DNA of 64,000 nucleotides from Takakia lepidozioides (taxonomy: Eukaryota; Plantae; Bryophyta): contig CM060732.1 of the NCBI GenBank assembly GCA_030704615.1, forward strand, positions 31,682,001-31,746,000, in the 5' to 3' direction. Positions 1 to 12,421 of this stretch are shown piece after piece (position 1 is the stretch's first letter; every line of letters starts with the position of its first letter). The notes under the pieces were generated by a model, which had not been told where the DNA came from, searched no databases, and was given only the letters and a program-made list of their open reading frames with translations. The translations under genes were made by a program, and so were the position numbers.

Positions 1-461
1 CCGTAAATTCCATCAACTCACGACGACTCGACCCACTTCAAGGCAAAACTCGTGTCCACCTAGGATGCGCGTTTTCTTGGCAATTTTTTGTCGTATTCAA
101 TTCGGGTCCAAACTCAAAACACCTGCCCAGATGCACGTCCAGGGAGTTTCATCGTGAGTTTAGGTTGAGAAGGCTCGTGACAACATAGGGTCCCGCTGTG
201 AGAGCACTCGCCTGCAACTCACGGCCAATCAATCTGTGTTTAACGATTCCTAACAAATTTACAAAAATTTGCGGAGGGAAAGCAAACTTACGTCGAAATT
301 GCGTTTTTTAACAACTCACGATGAAACTCAAGTCTGAATTTACGGATAACTCTAATGTGTCAGCTTAACATGGATTTTCTCATTTTTGGATCAGATGTGT
401 CGTCCAGATCTATGCATGCAGTTGGCCACCTCACCCTGGCTTCTTTACTACACGTCTTGTG
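1..461. mobile_element. Possible end of a CACTA/EnSpm-like DNA transposon (subterminal repeat field)
   Basis: AACTCACG/CGTGAGTT motif repeated in both orientations (about 15, 153, 217, 313); region ends ...ACACGTCTTGTG (CACAA on the minus strand) just before the PPR fragment. The other end is not in the window. Confidence 0.3.
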
Positions 462-473
462 TTATTCTTAGTC

Positions 474-601
474 TTATCATGGAATATCATGATCGTATAA
501 TATGCACAGCATGGGTGTGGCAGGAAAGCCTTGGATACCTATGAGCAAATGATATGGGAAGGGGTAACACCCGACCAGGTCACATTTGTGTGTGTTCTTA
601 A
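474..601 (+). pseudogene. PLS-class PPR gene fragment, left half of the piggyBac target site
   Basis: Translates SWNIMIV*YAQHGCGRKALDTYEQMIWEGVTPDQVTFVCVL(N); in-frame stop; ends at TTAA 598-601. Confidence 0.85.
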
Positions 602-1403
602 CCCCTCAAGGACGAGGCGACCCGTATCGGGTCGGGTCGAAATTTCGATTGGATGATAAATGCGCAGATCATGTCGGATGAAAACGATTCCTGAACGAAA
701 AGTGTAGCCTATAAATATTTACGGCCCCCTGTGTTGATTGCACCCTAAAAAATCTAATCCCCCGCCGTCAGGATTTTTTGGAATCTAGAGGGGTACCCAA
801 AATCATGTGGTTTTGGGCCCGCCAGCAGGTTGATTGGCAGACGTGGCAGGCAGGATTGGGGGGTGGGTGGGCGTTTGCCGGCAGTGGGTGACAACAGGGG
901 GCTGCATGTCCGCCCGTGCGGACAACGGCGAACTCCTGGCACGCATGAAACGCCAGGCACGTGGCCCAATCAGGTGGCGGGTCGCGGGGGCGGGAGATCC
1001 TCACCCGCGCAGGGTTTAGGTGCGTGGCCCAATCAGGTGGGAGATGGCGGGGACGGGAGCTCCTCTCTCGCTCTCTGCATTTTGCATATCGTGTCCTAAG
1101 TGCTACGATTGTCTCCTTGTAATCGAGCTTTTGCTTCGTTCTTTCTTGGCTTTTGCTTCGCTTTGGCTTTGCTGCGTCGATCTTAATATTTTGCCTATGA
1201 TTGCTCCGTTTCATTTTTTTGGGAGCTCATGTGCCGCTGTTGAGGAGCAGGGGGTGGCTGCACGTCTGTTCCGTTCGCTGGGATCATCCTCGACTTTGCC
1301 TTTACAGCGGCTCCTTCTCTTTACACCTGCTCATTACCTTCGTGTTGGGGCGCATGCGCAGTGATGGCGCTTCACAAGTATTGCGTAGCCATCTAACCAC
1401 TTA

Positions 1404-2131
1404 TGTCGCGCACCTCACTTCGGTAAACTCCCCTTCAAGTCATAGTTACTCGCTTTGATGCGCGCGCCTGACTCCCAACCTGGCCGCCGGGCCAACTTGG
1501 AGCTTTGGCTGCTCACCGGGACATAACGGTCCCCTTCGCTCCCCCACTAAACCCTCCACCTATTTGGGCCTAGTGGAATTCCCTTTGGTAGATGGCAGTC
1601 CGGAACAGCTCCCCACTCTTTGGTCGCTTTCCGGCTCGCTCGCTCGCTCACTCACTAGTTTTTGGTCACCAACGGGCTTGCACCGTTCTCGGGGTTACTA
1701 CTCCCTATATATACTTCTGTAGCTGTCCGCGGGGGTTTCACAACCAGCCATGCCATTTTATGGCGAACCACCACGAAACCCCTCGACTCCCAGTGATGAG
1801 TCGCGGTGAGTTTTGGCCCACTCATCACGGCCCCTATGGACCGTGCTGAGTCCCAAGACTCCCCACGACTCCCACCACGAGGTCTCCGCCCCCATGGTGA
1901 GTCCTATGCCACCCCCACTAAGTCCCGCTAAGCTACCACCCCTTGTGGAGCCACCCCCACCGCAACCCGGTGTGCGGGGCTCCACCTAGTGAGCGCCTCC
2001 GCCTCCTTGAGTGCCTTGGGCACTCAAGGGTGCTTCAGGCCCCCCATCCTATCGCTGCCGCTACCCCCACCACAGGGGCAGCCCCTTACGTGTCCCGACC
2101 CCCCCTGCCCTCAAGGCAAAGGGCCGCGACA
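1404..2131 (-). repeat. 3' LTR of the gypsy element (728 bp)
   Basis: Near-identical to 7653-8377 (about 7 substitutions and two small indels by eye). Confidence 0.97.
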
Positions 2132-3036
2132 CACACCCCTACCAACAGGGAGTCGATGTCCTCATCGACTTGTCCATTTTGTAGAAACGAACATCCAAGT
2201 TGTGGCGTCCCACATCAAGGAGTTTGTTTCCGTACCATGGCGTCCCATGGCAAAGAACCAAACCCCACACTTGACTCTACTCTCCACTAGCTAGTTCGGC
2301 CGATTTCCTCCAAGTCCCGGCCAAGGGTGGAGCCTCTCCAGCTCCTCCCAGTGCACTCTTCTTGGCCTACTTCAAGGCCAATGAACGATCCTCCCCGAGG
2401 ATCGAATCGCCTTACTGCAACAACATTGCTTGCGACCACTCATGATGCCGCTTTTGGCATCATCTTGAGCAAGGGTTCACCTGGAACCCTCTTTGACTAG
2501 GAAAATAACCTTGAACCAACCGTGCGCCCCAATCACTACAATTGGGTCCGCCTTGGAATGCTGGCCTGAGGTACGGGAACACGCCGAAGCCGCACTACGA
2601 CTTCGTCCCGAGGCTACACGATTATAGTACGTGAACGGAAGCACGTGGCTTCCGCGTTAGCCCGCACTACAAGGCGACCCCCTCGGTAGCGCAGTGCTAG
2701 TACGTGCACGTGCCAGGTGCGCACTAGCACGTGAACTCCCAAAGAAGGCGCAAGTTTCCTTGCCCCTCGGATGGGGGTCACCCGATTTCGGCACTACGCA
2801 AACACACGATTAACCCAATTTACCTCTCCCACTTTTATAAGCTAGCATGCATTCTACACACTAGCCAACCATACCATGCATCACCATTCCAAACAAAATA
2901 GGACGCACAACATTTGGAATCCATTTCATTTATAGCACGTTTTGTACAATACAAGTTTTTGCAATCGGGTTCCTAAGCTAGCTAAGCCGGGCTAAGCATG
3001 CATTTCCTCCCTCACGCTCCAAGGTTGATGTCCCCA

Positions 3037-6000
3037 TCAACGCTTCTTCCGCTTTTGAGGTCGCCCTTCGAAAACTGCAACCGCCTCGGATGCGTTTCCC
3101 ATTTCTGAGGCACGCACCCAAGATGCCTCCACTTGATGATAGCCCTTCCATTTGACGAGATACTCCGTTTCTCGGTTCTTGAACCTCCTCGACTTAAGTA
3201 TTGCCTCCACCTCGTACTCAGGTTCATTTTCATGATCCAACAGCATAGGTGGCGGACGCAACACTTGATGCCGATTCGGACGCGCTTCATCTTTGAAGTA
3301 AGGCTTCAAAAAGGAGACATGGAATACTGGGTGCACCTTGCTGTTTGCCGACAGCTCCAATTCATACACATCCTCATTCATAACCTTCCGAATGCAAAAT
3401 GGTCCCGCATACGGAGGTACGAACTTCGGACTCACTTCCGGAGGTAGTCGGAAATTCTTGATGTTCAACCAGACCTCTGTGCCTGCCTCAAACTTCACTT
3501 CCCTCCGCTTCCGATTCGCCTGCCTTTCATACCGTTTCCTAGCTTTGGCGATGTTGTACTTTGCGAGCTTCAACAAACGCTCGCGTTCTTCCGGTACGGC
3601 CGCTACTGCCGGTTCCTCAACGTCCTGGGCGGCCCAACTTGTCGGCACCAGAGGTGCTTTTCCATAGACCAATACGAAAGGGAAACTCCCGTTGCGGAGT
3701 GTTCTGTGTTATTATAACAGAACTCTGCCGCGTCTAAGTGTTCCACCCAGTCTGTTTGGTCTGCCGACACGTAATTCCGCAAGATCTGCTTCACTACGGA
3801 ATTCACTCCTTCTGTTTGGCCGTTGGTCGTAGGTCGGAAGGCGGTGCTCATCTTCAGCCTTGTCCCCATCTTCTTCCAAAGTGCCCTCCAAAATTTACTC
3901 GTAAACTTTGGATCGCGGTCCGAGACAATATCCTTCGGGACTCCATGATGCTTTAAGACGTGGGCGAAGTAAAGTCGCCCTGTCTCTTGCGCCGTTGCCA
4001 TCTCCTTGGTGGGGATGAAATGGCCCATTTTACTGAACCTATCCACCACCACCATGATTGCATCGAATCCTTTTGACAGTGGCATAGCAGTCATGAAATC
4101 CATCGAGACGCTTTCCCAAGTCCCCTCTGGAATCGGCAAGGGTTATAACAGCCTCGCTTGCTTTTTGTACTCGCTCCGGTTTTGTTGGCATGTGGTGCAT
4201 GTCTTGACATACTCCTCTGCCTCCTCCCTCAGTTTGGGCCAGAAATACTCTTTCTTCAAGAGTGCCGCAGTGCGCTTGGCTCCGCCGTGGCCCGCAAGCG
4301 GGCTATCATGGCATTCTCTCAAGAGGCTATCTCTGATCCCTCCCTTCGGCATGTAGAGACGTTTTTGCTTATACCGGAGCAACCCATTTTGCAAGTGGAA
4401 CTGCGATTTAACCCCCATTCTCAAGTCCTGCATCACGGACTTCGTCAGCTCATCCTTCCGGCAAGCCTTCCGGATCTTTCTTTGGAGCGCCGTCTCGCCC
4501 CTGTACACCAACAGGAGCTGCTGCTTTCTACTTAAAGCATCGGCCACCACATTGTCCCGTCCCGGTTTGTACTGGATATCCACGTCGAACACCGCCAAAG
4601 TATCTTGCCACCTAAGTTGTTTTGGGGACAACTTGGACTGCGTGGCAAAATACTTCACTGTGACATTGTCCGTGAACACCTTCAATGGGTTGGAACCAAC
4701 ATAGTGGCGCCAAAGCTCAAGGCAATGCACCACCGCCTTCATCTCTTTTTCGTGCATCAGCCACCGTCGCTCCACTTCATTCAGTTTCTTACTTTCGTAA
4801 GCCACTGGACGTCCATCTTGCATAAGTACACCCCCAATCGCGAAGTCCGATGCATCTGTATGAATCTCAAATGGACGATTGAACTCCGGGATTTTCAAGA
4901 CTGGAGCTTCCGCCATCCGCTGCTTCAATTCAGCAAAAGCTTGGCCACAAAATGTGTTCCATACCCAGACTTTGGATTTACACAGAAGGTCCGACAGCGG
5001 CCCCGCGATCTTGGCGAAATTTCTCACATACTTCCGGTAATAGGAGGCGAGTCCTAGGAAGGATCGCACTCCCGGGACCGAAGTCGGAGGCTCCCAGTCC
5101 AAGATCGCCCTCACCTTTCTGTCATCCATTTTGATCTCATCCTGTGTAATCACATGCCCCAGAAACTCCACTTTTGTGACCCCGAATTCGCATTTTGAAG
5201 CTTTGGCATACAGCTTCCTTTCTCGCAATTTTTGGAACACCCTTTTTAGGTGCTCCAGGTGTTCTTCCTTTGTTTTCGAGTACACCAAGATGTCGTCGAT
5301 GTACACGATCACAAAGTCATCCAACCACTCCTGGAAAAGGCTGTTCATCAGCGTGCTAAATGTCGCTGGTGCATTGGTGAGCCCAAAAGCATCACCAAGA
5401 ACTCATATGAACCATACCTTGTCCTGCACGCGGTCTTCTCCTCATCTCCTTCCGCCACCCGAATTTGATGATAGCCGGAGCGCAAGTCGATCCGGCTGAA
5501 ATACTTCGCTCCTGCCAACCGATCGAAGAGGTCGTCGATCCTTGGCAAAGGGTACCGGTTTTTTATAGTCACCTTATTCAGAGCCCTGTAATCGACACAC
5601 ATCCGCAACGTCCCATCCTTCTTGTCTGCGAATAGCACCAGGGCTCCGTAAGGTGACTTACTCGGCCGGATGTACCCCTTTGACATTAGATCTTTGAGCT
5701 GAGTCTTCAGCTCGACCAACTCTCTGTGGCTCAACCGGTAGGGCGCCTTGGCAGGCGGTTCCGATCCTGGTATCACCTCAATCTTGTGGTCAACTCCTCT
5801 TCGCGGTGGCAAGCCGCTTGGCAAATCCTCCGGCATCACATCATGGTATTTCTCCAAAATTCCCTTGATCCAATCTGGGCTCGGCTCTCCATCGCCTTCT
5901 CCCTTCACTTCTCTAATGTAGAGCAAAAACTGGGGCTTGTGTGCCTCCTCCACGGCCCACTCCCTTGCTGATAGAAGGTTTATTCGCCCTCCCACGGGTT

Positions 6001-6580
6001 TGGGCGTTTCCGAAACTCGTAAGACCTCACCACCATTCCAACATGGCAGCGTGACTACCCTCTTGCGGCCATCTATGACCGCTCCGGATTTGCTCAAAAA
6101 GGTCATCCCCAAAATGAGATCCAATCCATCGATCTCGCAGACGGTGAAGTTCTCACTTCCCTCCCAACTCTCCAGTTGAAGAGGAACATCGAACGCCAAC
6201 CTCGTCGCCAATTGCGGTTCTCCTTTGGCAGAACGCACCTCAATAGAGGCCCCTACGTCAGTTGTCGGGAGTCCCAGCTTTTGTGCCGTTGCCGGTGTCA
6301 TGAAAGAGTGCGACGCTCCTGTGTCCACCAACAATGACACGTTAGTTCCGGATGTTATCCCATCCACGAACAATAAGTGACTCCCTTTACGCAATGCGCC
6401 AGTTTCCTGATACAACTCACAAGAATATTTGCCTACCTTGCAAGTCCCGGCGACCACCGCTTCCACCAAGCGACTGATGGTATCTTCCGACAGTTCTGTG
6501 GTCGCCCAAGTCATGTTCAATTGTCGGGGCTTCGTGCACTTCTTAGCCATGTGCCCGGGCTCCCCACAATTGAAACACAC
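3037..6580 (-). pseudogene. Gypsy pol (zinc knuckle, protease, RT, RNase H, integrase, chromodomain), disrupted
   Basis: [14 protein letters not shown]; [10 protein letters not shown]; YIDD; TDASD; HHCC (CHD...GHG...CTTC); SMDF/SDRD/GQTE; GPF; EYEVEAIL...YLVKWKGY. Split across ORFs 5348-6580, 4143-5348, 3603-4139 and 3037-3672 by frameshifts and one stop. Confidence 0.93.
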
Positions 6581-6598
6581 TCCATCAAAGGTTGCCTT

Positions 6599-7597
6599 CT
6601 ATCGGCCATAGGCCGCTCCACCCGCTTTTCCTTTCGAAGCACCGGGTGCCGCCTTGACTTGTGATGGCCCTCCCTTTGATTCCCACATGTTGTTGTCGTC
6701 GCGTGGCCTATCCCACTTCTTTTCCGGTCGGAAGGAGTCACCTTCCCGCCGGGTCTTCATGTGGTTCAGCTCCGTACGGCCTTGTCTTTCACCCCTAGGG
6801 ACATCTGAGAAACATTCAGCCCTCTCAATTGCCTCGTTCAAAGTCTTAGGTGGCTTCTCTTCCAACTTCCGCCTGGCCCATGGGGCCAACCCCGCCACAA
6901 AGTTGAAGACCATTTCTGGTTCCGCCATATCCGCGACTTCGAGCAACAGCACATTGAAAGCCTGGACATATCCCCGAATGTCATCTGTTTGCTTCAAATT
7001 CCTCATCTTGTCCCGGGCAAGCCAGGACGCATTGAGGGGCACAAACTGTCTCTTCATCAATTCCTTGAACCCACTCCAGTTCAAGGTTTCCGGACTTGGA
7101 CCTCGGTCGTGAAGGCGTTTCTGCCACCATTGTTGAGCATAGCCCCTCAAATAGGTGGGAGCCACTTCCACCCGATCCTCGTCACTCAATTTGGCCGCCC
7201 GGAAGTACTGTTCTAGCTCCAAGAGCCAGGTGTTGAGTGCCTTCCGATTTCGGACGCCCTTGAAGGTGTCGGGTTCCTTAGGCTTCACCTTAAACTTTGC
7301 CTTAGTGGAAGTGGCATTAGCCGCCTTCAACACGTCTTTCAACGTCCCGCCAAATTGCGCCAACAACCCTTCCCAAAAGGCTGCCGGCATGGGAGGCATC
7401 TCTTGGTTTGTCGGAGCTCTCAAGGATTCCTCGGGCTCCGACTCCTCGGATTCATCCCGCTCTTGAGCGGCCTCGTTTTCGGAAACATGCATCGCTTCCT
7501 CAAACGGCCGCCTCGGTGACACGTCGCCCCCATCGGGCTCACCAGGATCATCATCTTTTGGGCCGTTCCGCTTTCGCTTTGGCTTGCCCGACCCCAT
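6599..7597 (-). CDS. Gypsy gag (retrotransposon gag domain)
   Basis: PKEPDTFKG...WLLELEQYF...LRGYAQQWW...LKQTDDIRGYVQAF...FVAGL; likely start MGSGK near 7597. Confidence 0.88.
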   Translation of the reverse strand: MGSGKPKRKRNGPKDDDPGEPDGGDVSPRRPFEEAMHVSENEAAQERDESEESEPEESLRAPTNQEMPPMPAAFWEGLLAQFGGTLKDVLKAANATSTKAKFKVKPKEPDTFKGVRNRKALNTWLLELEQYFRAAKLSDEDRVEVAPTYLRGYAQQWWQKRLHDRGPSPETLNWSGFKELMKRQFVPLNASWLARDKMRNLKQTDDIRGYVQAFNVLLLEVADMAEPEMVFNFVAGLAPWARRKLEEKPPKTLNEAIERAECFSDVPRGERQGRTELNHMKTRREGDSFRPEKKWDRPRDDNNMWESKGGPSQVKAAPGASKGKAGGAAYGR

Positions 7598-7652
7598 GAT
7601 TAGGCCAATCCCAAGGACGATCGCGTACTGAACTCTAAGCTTTGATACCAAG

Positions 7653-8377
7653 TGTCGCGCACCTCACTTCGGTAAACTCCCCTTCAAGTCATAGTTACTC
7701 GCTTTGATGCGCGCGCCTGACTCCCAACCTGGCCGCCGGGCCAACTTGGAGCTTCGGCTGCTCACCGAGACATAACGGTCCCCCTTCGCTCCCCCACTAA
7801 ACCCTCCACCTATTTGGGCCTAGTGGAATTCCCTTTGGTAGATGGCAGTCCGGAACAGCTCCCCACTCTTTGGTCGCTTTCCGGCTCGCTCGCTCACTCA
7901 CTAGTTTTTGGTCACCAACGGGCTTGCACCGTTCTCGGGGTTACTACTCCCTATATATACTTCTGTAGCTGTCCGCGGGGGTTTCACAACCAGCCATGCC
8001 ATTTTATGGCGAACCACCACGAAAACCCTCGACTCCCGGTGATGAGTCGCGGTGAGTCTTGGCCCACTCATCACGGCCCCTATGGACCGTGCTGAGTCCC
8101 AAGACTCCCCACGACTCCCACCACGAGGTCTCCGCCCCCATGGTGAGTCCTATGCCACCCCCACTAAGTCCCGCTAAGCTACCACCCCTTGTGGAGCCAC
8201 CCCCACCTCAACCCGGTGTGCGGGGCTCCACCTAGTGAGCGCCTCCGCCTCCTTGAGTGCCTTGGGCACTCAAGGGTGCTTCAGGCCCCCCATCCTATCG
8301 CTGCCGCTGCCCCCACCACAGGGGCAGCCCCTTACGTGTCCCGACCCCCCCTGCCCTCAAGGCAAAGGGCCGCGACA
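7653..8377 (-). repeat. 5' LTR of the gypsy element (725 bp)
   Basis: Adjacent to the PBS; matches 1404-2131. Confidence 0.97.
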
Positions 8378-9153
8378 ACTTATGCATTTGCATTTGCTTG
8401 ATATTGTCTGCCTGCTTTGCTTGATTATGTTTGTGCATTGAATGTTTGTGGTTTGTGGGTGGCAGGGATTCCATGGCGCCGAAACGCAAGGGATCTAAGC
8501 TGCTTGAGCCCCCACCACCTGAGCATACAGCTGCGGCAGAGGTTATAAGGGCGTGGGCGCAGGAGGAGCAGCATTGCACTGCAGAGCAATGCAAGGTAAT
8601 TCTAGGTTGTCTTTGTTTCTGACCTCTTTGCCTGTTGCCAAACGTTGGCCGCGCCATCCTCGTTCACATAACTTTCGATTTCTCTGGCGGAGGCAAGTGG
8701 CTTCTATTCTTGGTTGGAGAGAGAGAAGAGAGGAAGGAGAGAAAGAGGGGTTCAGTGATGCTGTCAATTCCGTTTTGAGAGAGGATGTCTGGCCTGATAT
8801 CGACAGTCAGGGATTTCAAGCAGCAAGCTCGTGCCAAACGGCAAATTCCTGCAAGTGTGAGAATGGCTCCCAGGGGTGTGGTGAGGAGAAGGAACAAGAC
8901 ACACCGGAGTGCTTGTGGGGGTGAGTCCAGTCACGATTTTTGTTCTTGCGTTGATTGTACAAAGTCTTAGGTGTGCTTTGGGAGTGTTGCATCCGAACAC
9001 CATGCATATCGTTGGAGTCGTTGGAGTCTCTGGTTCCTGTTCTGCTCCTGGCGGCGAACACCATGGCCCCCAGTCTGAACTTGACGATTTTTTTTTGATG
9101 ATGATACTTACGTTGGGGATTCTGCCGACGAGGCAGACTGGGACACTGACCTT

Positions 9154-10730
9154 TTGGGAATGGAAGATGACGGTGACGAGGCACCAAACCTCGCTTTTGA
9201 GCAGCTGTTCCAGCCTAGCTCATGGGAAAAGTGTGTTGAAAGTGAATTTGTTAGTGATAGGGAGGCATTCACTGGCCCTCAGCCTAGTCTCTGCCTCCCG
9301 GAGATGAAGGGTTCTGCTCCAATTTGGTTCTTTCTTTTGTTTTGGAGGCAAAGTGTGCTGGAGAGGGTATGCAGGGAGTCGAATGCATATGCATCAGAGC
9401 CTTTGGGTGAGAGCACACGTGGTGGGCCTAGGTGGAAGCTTTTGACGGTGAGTGAGCTCCGAGCTTGGATTGGCATCTGTGTTTTTATGGGGATAAAGAA
9501 ACTACCTAAAACTAGATGTTACTGGCAACACTCCGAGTCTTTTTTCTCATGCCCTATCATCCGCAAGGTCATGACCCTGCGTATAAACCCTAAGCGATAC
9601 TTCGTTGTTTGCATTTGGTGGACAATGCCACTTTGCATGATCGTGGGAGCCCTCGATTTGATAAGCTCGGCAAGATTTAGGTGGGCTTATGATGAGGTGG
9701 TTGATAGGTGCAAGAGCCTGTGGAATCTCAACAAGATGTTGACTGTTGACGAGGTGATGATCCGTTACAAGGGGAAATACTATGCGCCTAAGAAGCCATG
9801 CAAGTGGGGCATCAAGGTGTGGGCGTTGGCTGACTCGGAGACCAGCTATGTGTATGATTTTCAGGTATACTGTGGGAAAAATGCAGGGGGCCCTGATGGT
9901 GAGAGGCTGAAAAGTGGGAAGGGTAAAGGCTATGATGTGGTGTGTGGGCTTGCCAGGGACTCCATGGTTTGGGCATGTAATTGTCACTGATAATTATTTC
10001 ACTTCTGTTCAGCTTTTGTATGACTTGGCCAAGCTTGGTACATGGGCCACTGGTACAGTTCGTGTGAACAGAAAAGGCCTCCCTCCCTCCTTGCTATCCA
10101 AGAAAAAATCCAAGACTGTCAAGCAAGGCTAGTCCTGGTACAAGATGCATGTTTCCAGGGAACTTGCGGCCGTGTTGTGGTGGGACAAAAAGGGGGTATT
10201 CATGTTGTCATCTGCAGCTACACCAGCATGCAAGCCTTCTTCTCCTGTTACTGTGAGATGCTTTGTGGGACAGTAGAGAGTCTTGGTGCCATCTGTGCCT
10301 GCCCATGTGCAATATCAAGCCTATATGCGAGGGGTAGATGTCCAAGACCAGCTCCGGGGAGCATATACTTTGCAGCTGCGCACTAAGAAATGGTGGCATC
10401 GTCTATTTTTCTTCCTGATGGACAAGACCTTGGTGAATGCATACATCTTGCATTCAGCCCATGCCAGAAAAGATGGGTCGGAGGCCCATGACGCATTTGG
10501 AGTTCAATCTTGCTGTGGCATACGCCTTGACAGCAGGTCAGTGCACTGACAACATGGACAGGAGGGAGGATGGCTCTTGCACCTTTGTGCATCAATGCCT
10601 TCACACACCACAACGGCGGTTGTGTGTTGTATCCCATGTCCACACTCACCACTACTGCCCTGGATGTGATGGCAGCCATATGTGCCTTGGTTCTTGCTGG
10701 AATCATGCACACTGCCACCCAACGAGGTGA
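9154..10730 (+). pseudogene. piggyBac (PGBD/DDE_Tnp_1_7-type) transposase, frameshifted
   Basis: FFLLFW...SNAYA; WKLLTVSELRAWIGI; TVDEVMIRYKG (D1); KPCKWGIKVWALAD..YVYDFQVYCGK; TDNYFTS (D2); YMRGVDVQDQ (D3); KKWWHRLFFFLMD..VNAYIL; C-terminal Cys/His-rich RRLCVV...CPGC...CLGSCWNHAH. Several frameshifts and a stop. Confidence 0.92.
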
Positions 10731-11240
10731 CTGCTGCATACCTTGGATTCTCTTTGGGTTGTTGGTGGGCTGGCAGGTGTGCTCTTGGCGGCTGTGGATC
10801 AGTGCGTGTGTGGGTGTGCTGGGTGTGTGGGGCAGATCAGGGGGTTCAAGTCCCTCTCAGTTCATAGCTCGTGTTTTTTAGTATGTTTCTTGGTGTGGTT
10901 GTGGGAAGCGGTTGGCCGTTGGCAAGGGAGAACACTGAAACGTAGGGTGGAGGCCCCCGTGACTTGGTTTGCGATGACGTGGCCGGATTTTTTTGGCCGG
11001 AAATGTCCACCGGCTCCGGCAATTCTTGGCCGGAGTTGGGATTCAAGTAGGGATTCGGTTTTTTGGCAATCTTTGCTTGCAAACAGCTTAGAACGTGGAA
11101 ATTTTTTTCCAGGGTACTCGGTAGGTAGGCAAACAACAACATGACCAGAGGAATTTGGATTCCCTCACAAATTGCCCCACATTTGGGGGGATGTGGGGAT
11201 CCCATGAGAGAAATTGGCATTTTGACCCCCCCTCCTTTCC

Positions 11241-12018
11241 GGAAGATAATAGGAATAATGTAAGAACTTAATGCACATGTGCAACCTTTGACATGATGAT
11301 ACGCCGGTTTCCGGCATGTCAAATCTTCCCCACCCTCTCTTGAGAGTGACATGGAACTGAAGGAGTGTCAACTCCAGTCGGGGTTACATCGGGTTACACA
11401 ACGAGCCGTGTAACTCCACTTGGGGTTACATCAGGTTACACAACGAGCCGTGTAACTCCACTTGGGGTTACATCGGGTTACACGACGAGCTGTGTAACTC
11501 CACTTGGGGTTACATTGGGTTACACGACGAGGTGTGTAAATCCACTCGGGGTTACATAGAATGGAGTGTAACTACACTTGGTCTCAAAATTTGACTAAGT
11601 CCAAATGTGGCTAAGTATAAAATGGACCAACCAGAGTTACATGAGAAATCAGGGTTATAGAGGGTTACATCAAATGGAAGGTTACATCGATCGGGGTTAC
11701 ACTAAGTGGAGGGTTACATCAACCCAGGTTACACTACCACAGCCTCCCATCAAGAATTGAACCCACAACCTCGCCGCCTGCATTGTTATCACCTTGTCAT
11801 CAAGCTATCCACCGCAACTTGGATCCCATCGGATTCATAAGTATTTTCACACTTGGATCCCATCTGGATTCATAAGTATTTAATAGTGAAACGAGGTAAT
11901 GTGGGGTGGGAAGGATTTGACAGGCCCCGCCGGAGGAGCCCAGGTTGCCGGAATCCGGAGAAAGTACTGTCAGATCACAAGCGTCCATTAAGTTCTTACA
12001 TTATTCCTATTATCTTCC
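11241..12018. repeat. Perfect 33-bp inverted repeat pair (11241-11273 / 11986-12018) enclosing a GGTTACA array
   Basis: GGAAGATAATAGGAATAATGTAAGAACTTAATG and its exact reverse complement. Confidence 0.9.
11365..11735. repeat. 42-bp tandem repeat (about 4.5 copies, 11365-11557) plus dispersed GGTTACA motifs
   Basis: Unit GTGTAACTCCACTTGGGGTTACATCGGGTTACACAACGAGCC; internal palindrome TGTAACTCC-ACTT-GGGGTTACA. Confidence 0.9.
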
Positions 12019-12421
12019 CTGTTTTCCCATACAAAGCAACCATTATGCATTTTTGGAATTTGGCTCTCGAATTTTGGGAGGCTTTGCTGTGGGTGCCATA
12101 TAATTTGAATCCGGGTAGGCTGTATCAATGAAAAGTAAAAAAGGTTGGCAATCTCCTTGGTCAAACCAAATTTTCATGTTGAAAATATATCCAACAAAAA
12201 AAAAAGCCTAGAACTTTTGTTATAATCTTCCAAATTAGACGGTCAAATCTCCGAAATTTTTACTGCAGGTGCATGAAGTAGGTAGGATGACTTTGGAATG
12301 GTGGTGGAAAAAATGAAGGGGAGGTTGGGGGGCCGGGATGTAGACCGCTCCGCAAATTGCGGTGAGGTGAGTTGGGACTTAGGCGTTTTTGCGAGTCCCC
12401 CCTCACTGTCAATGAACGGTT

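Larger units (their letters stand above)
1404..8377 (-). mobile_element. Full-length Ty3/gypsy chromovirus LTR retrotransposon
   Basis: LTRs 1404-2131 and 7653-8377 with TGTCGCG...CGCGACA ends; 5-bp TSD ACTTA (1399-1403, 8378-8382); PBS TGGTATCAAAGC (tRNA-iMet type) at 7639-7650 on the minus strand; gag-PR-RT-RH-INT-chromodomain order. Confidence 0.97.

Noticed and set aside
6580-6611. Programmed gag-pol frameshift
   Set aside because: The gag zinc knuckle lies after the shift and other lesions are present, so a mutational indel is more likely.
11365-11557. CRISPR-like array
   Set aside because: Units are contiguous tandem copies with no unique spacers; eukaryotic context and no cas genes.
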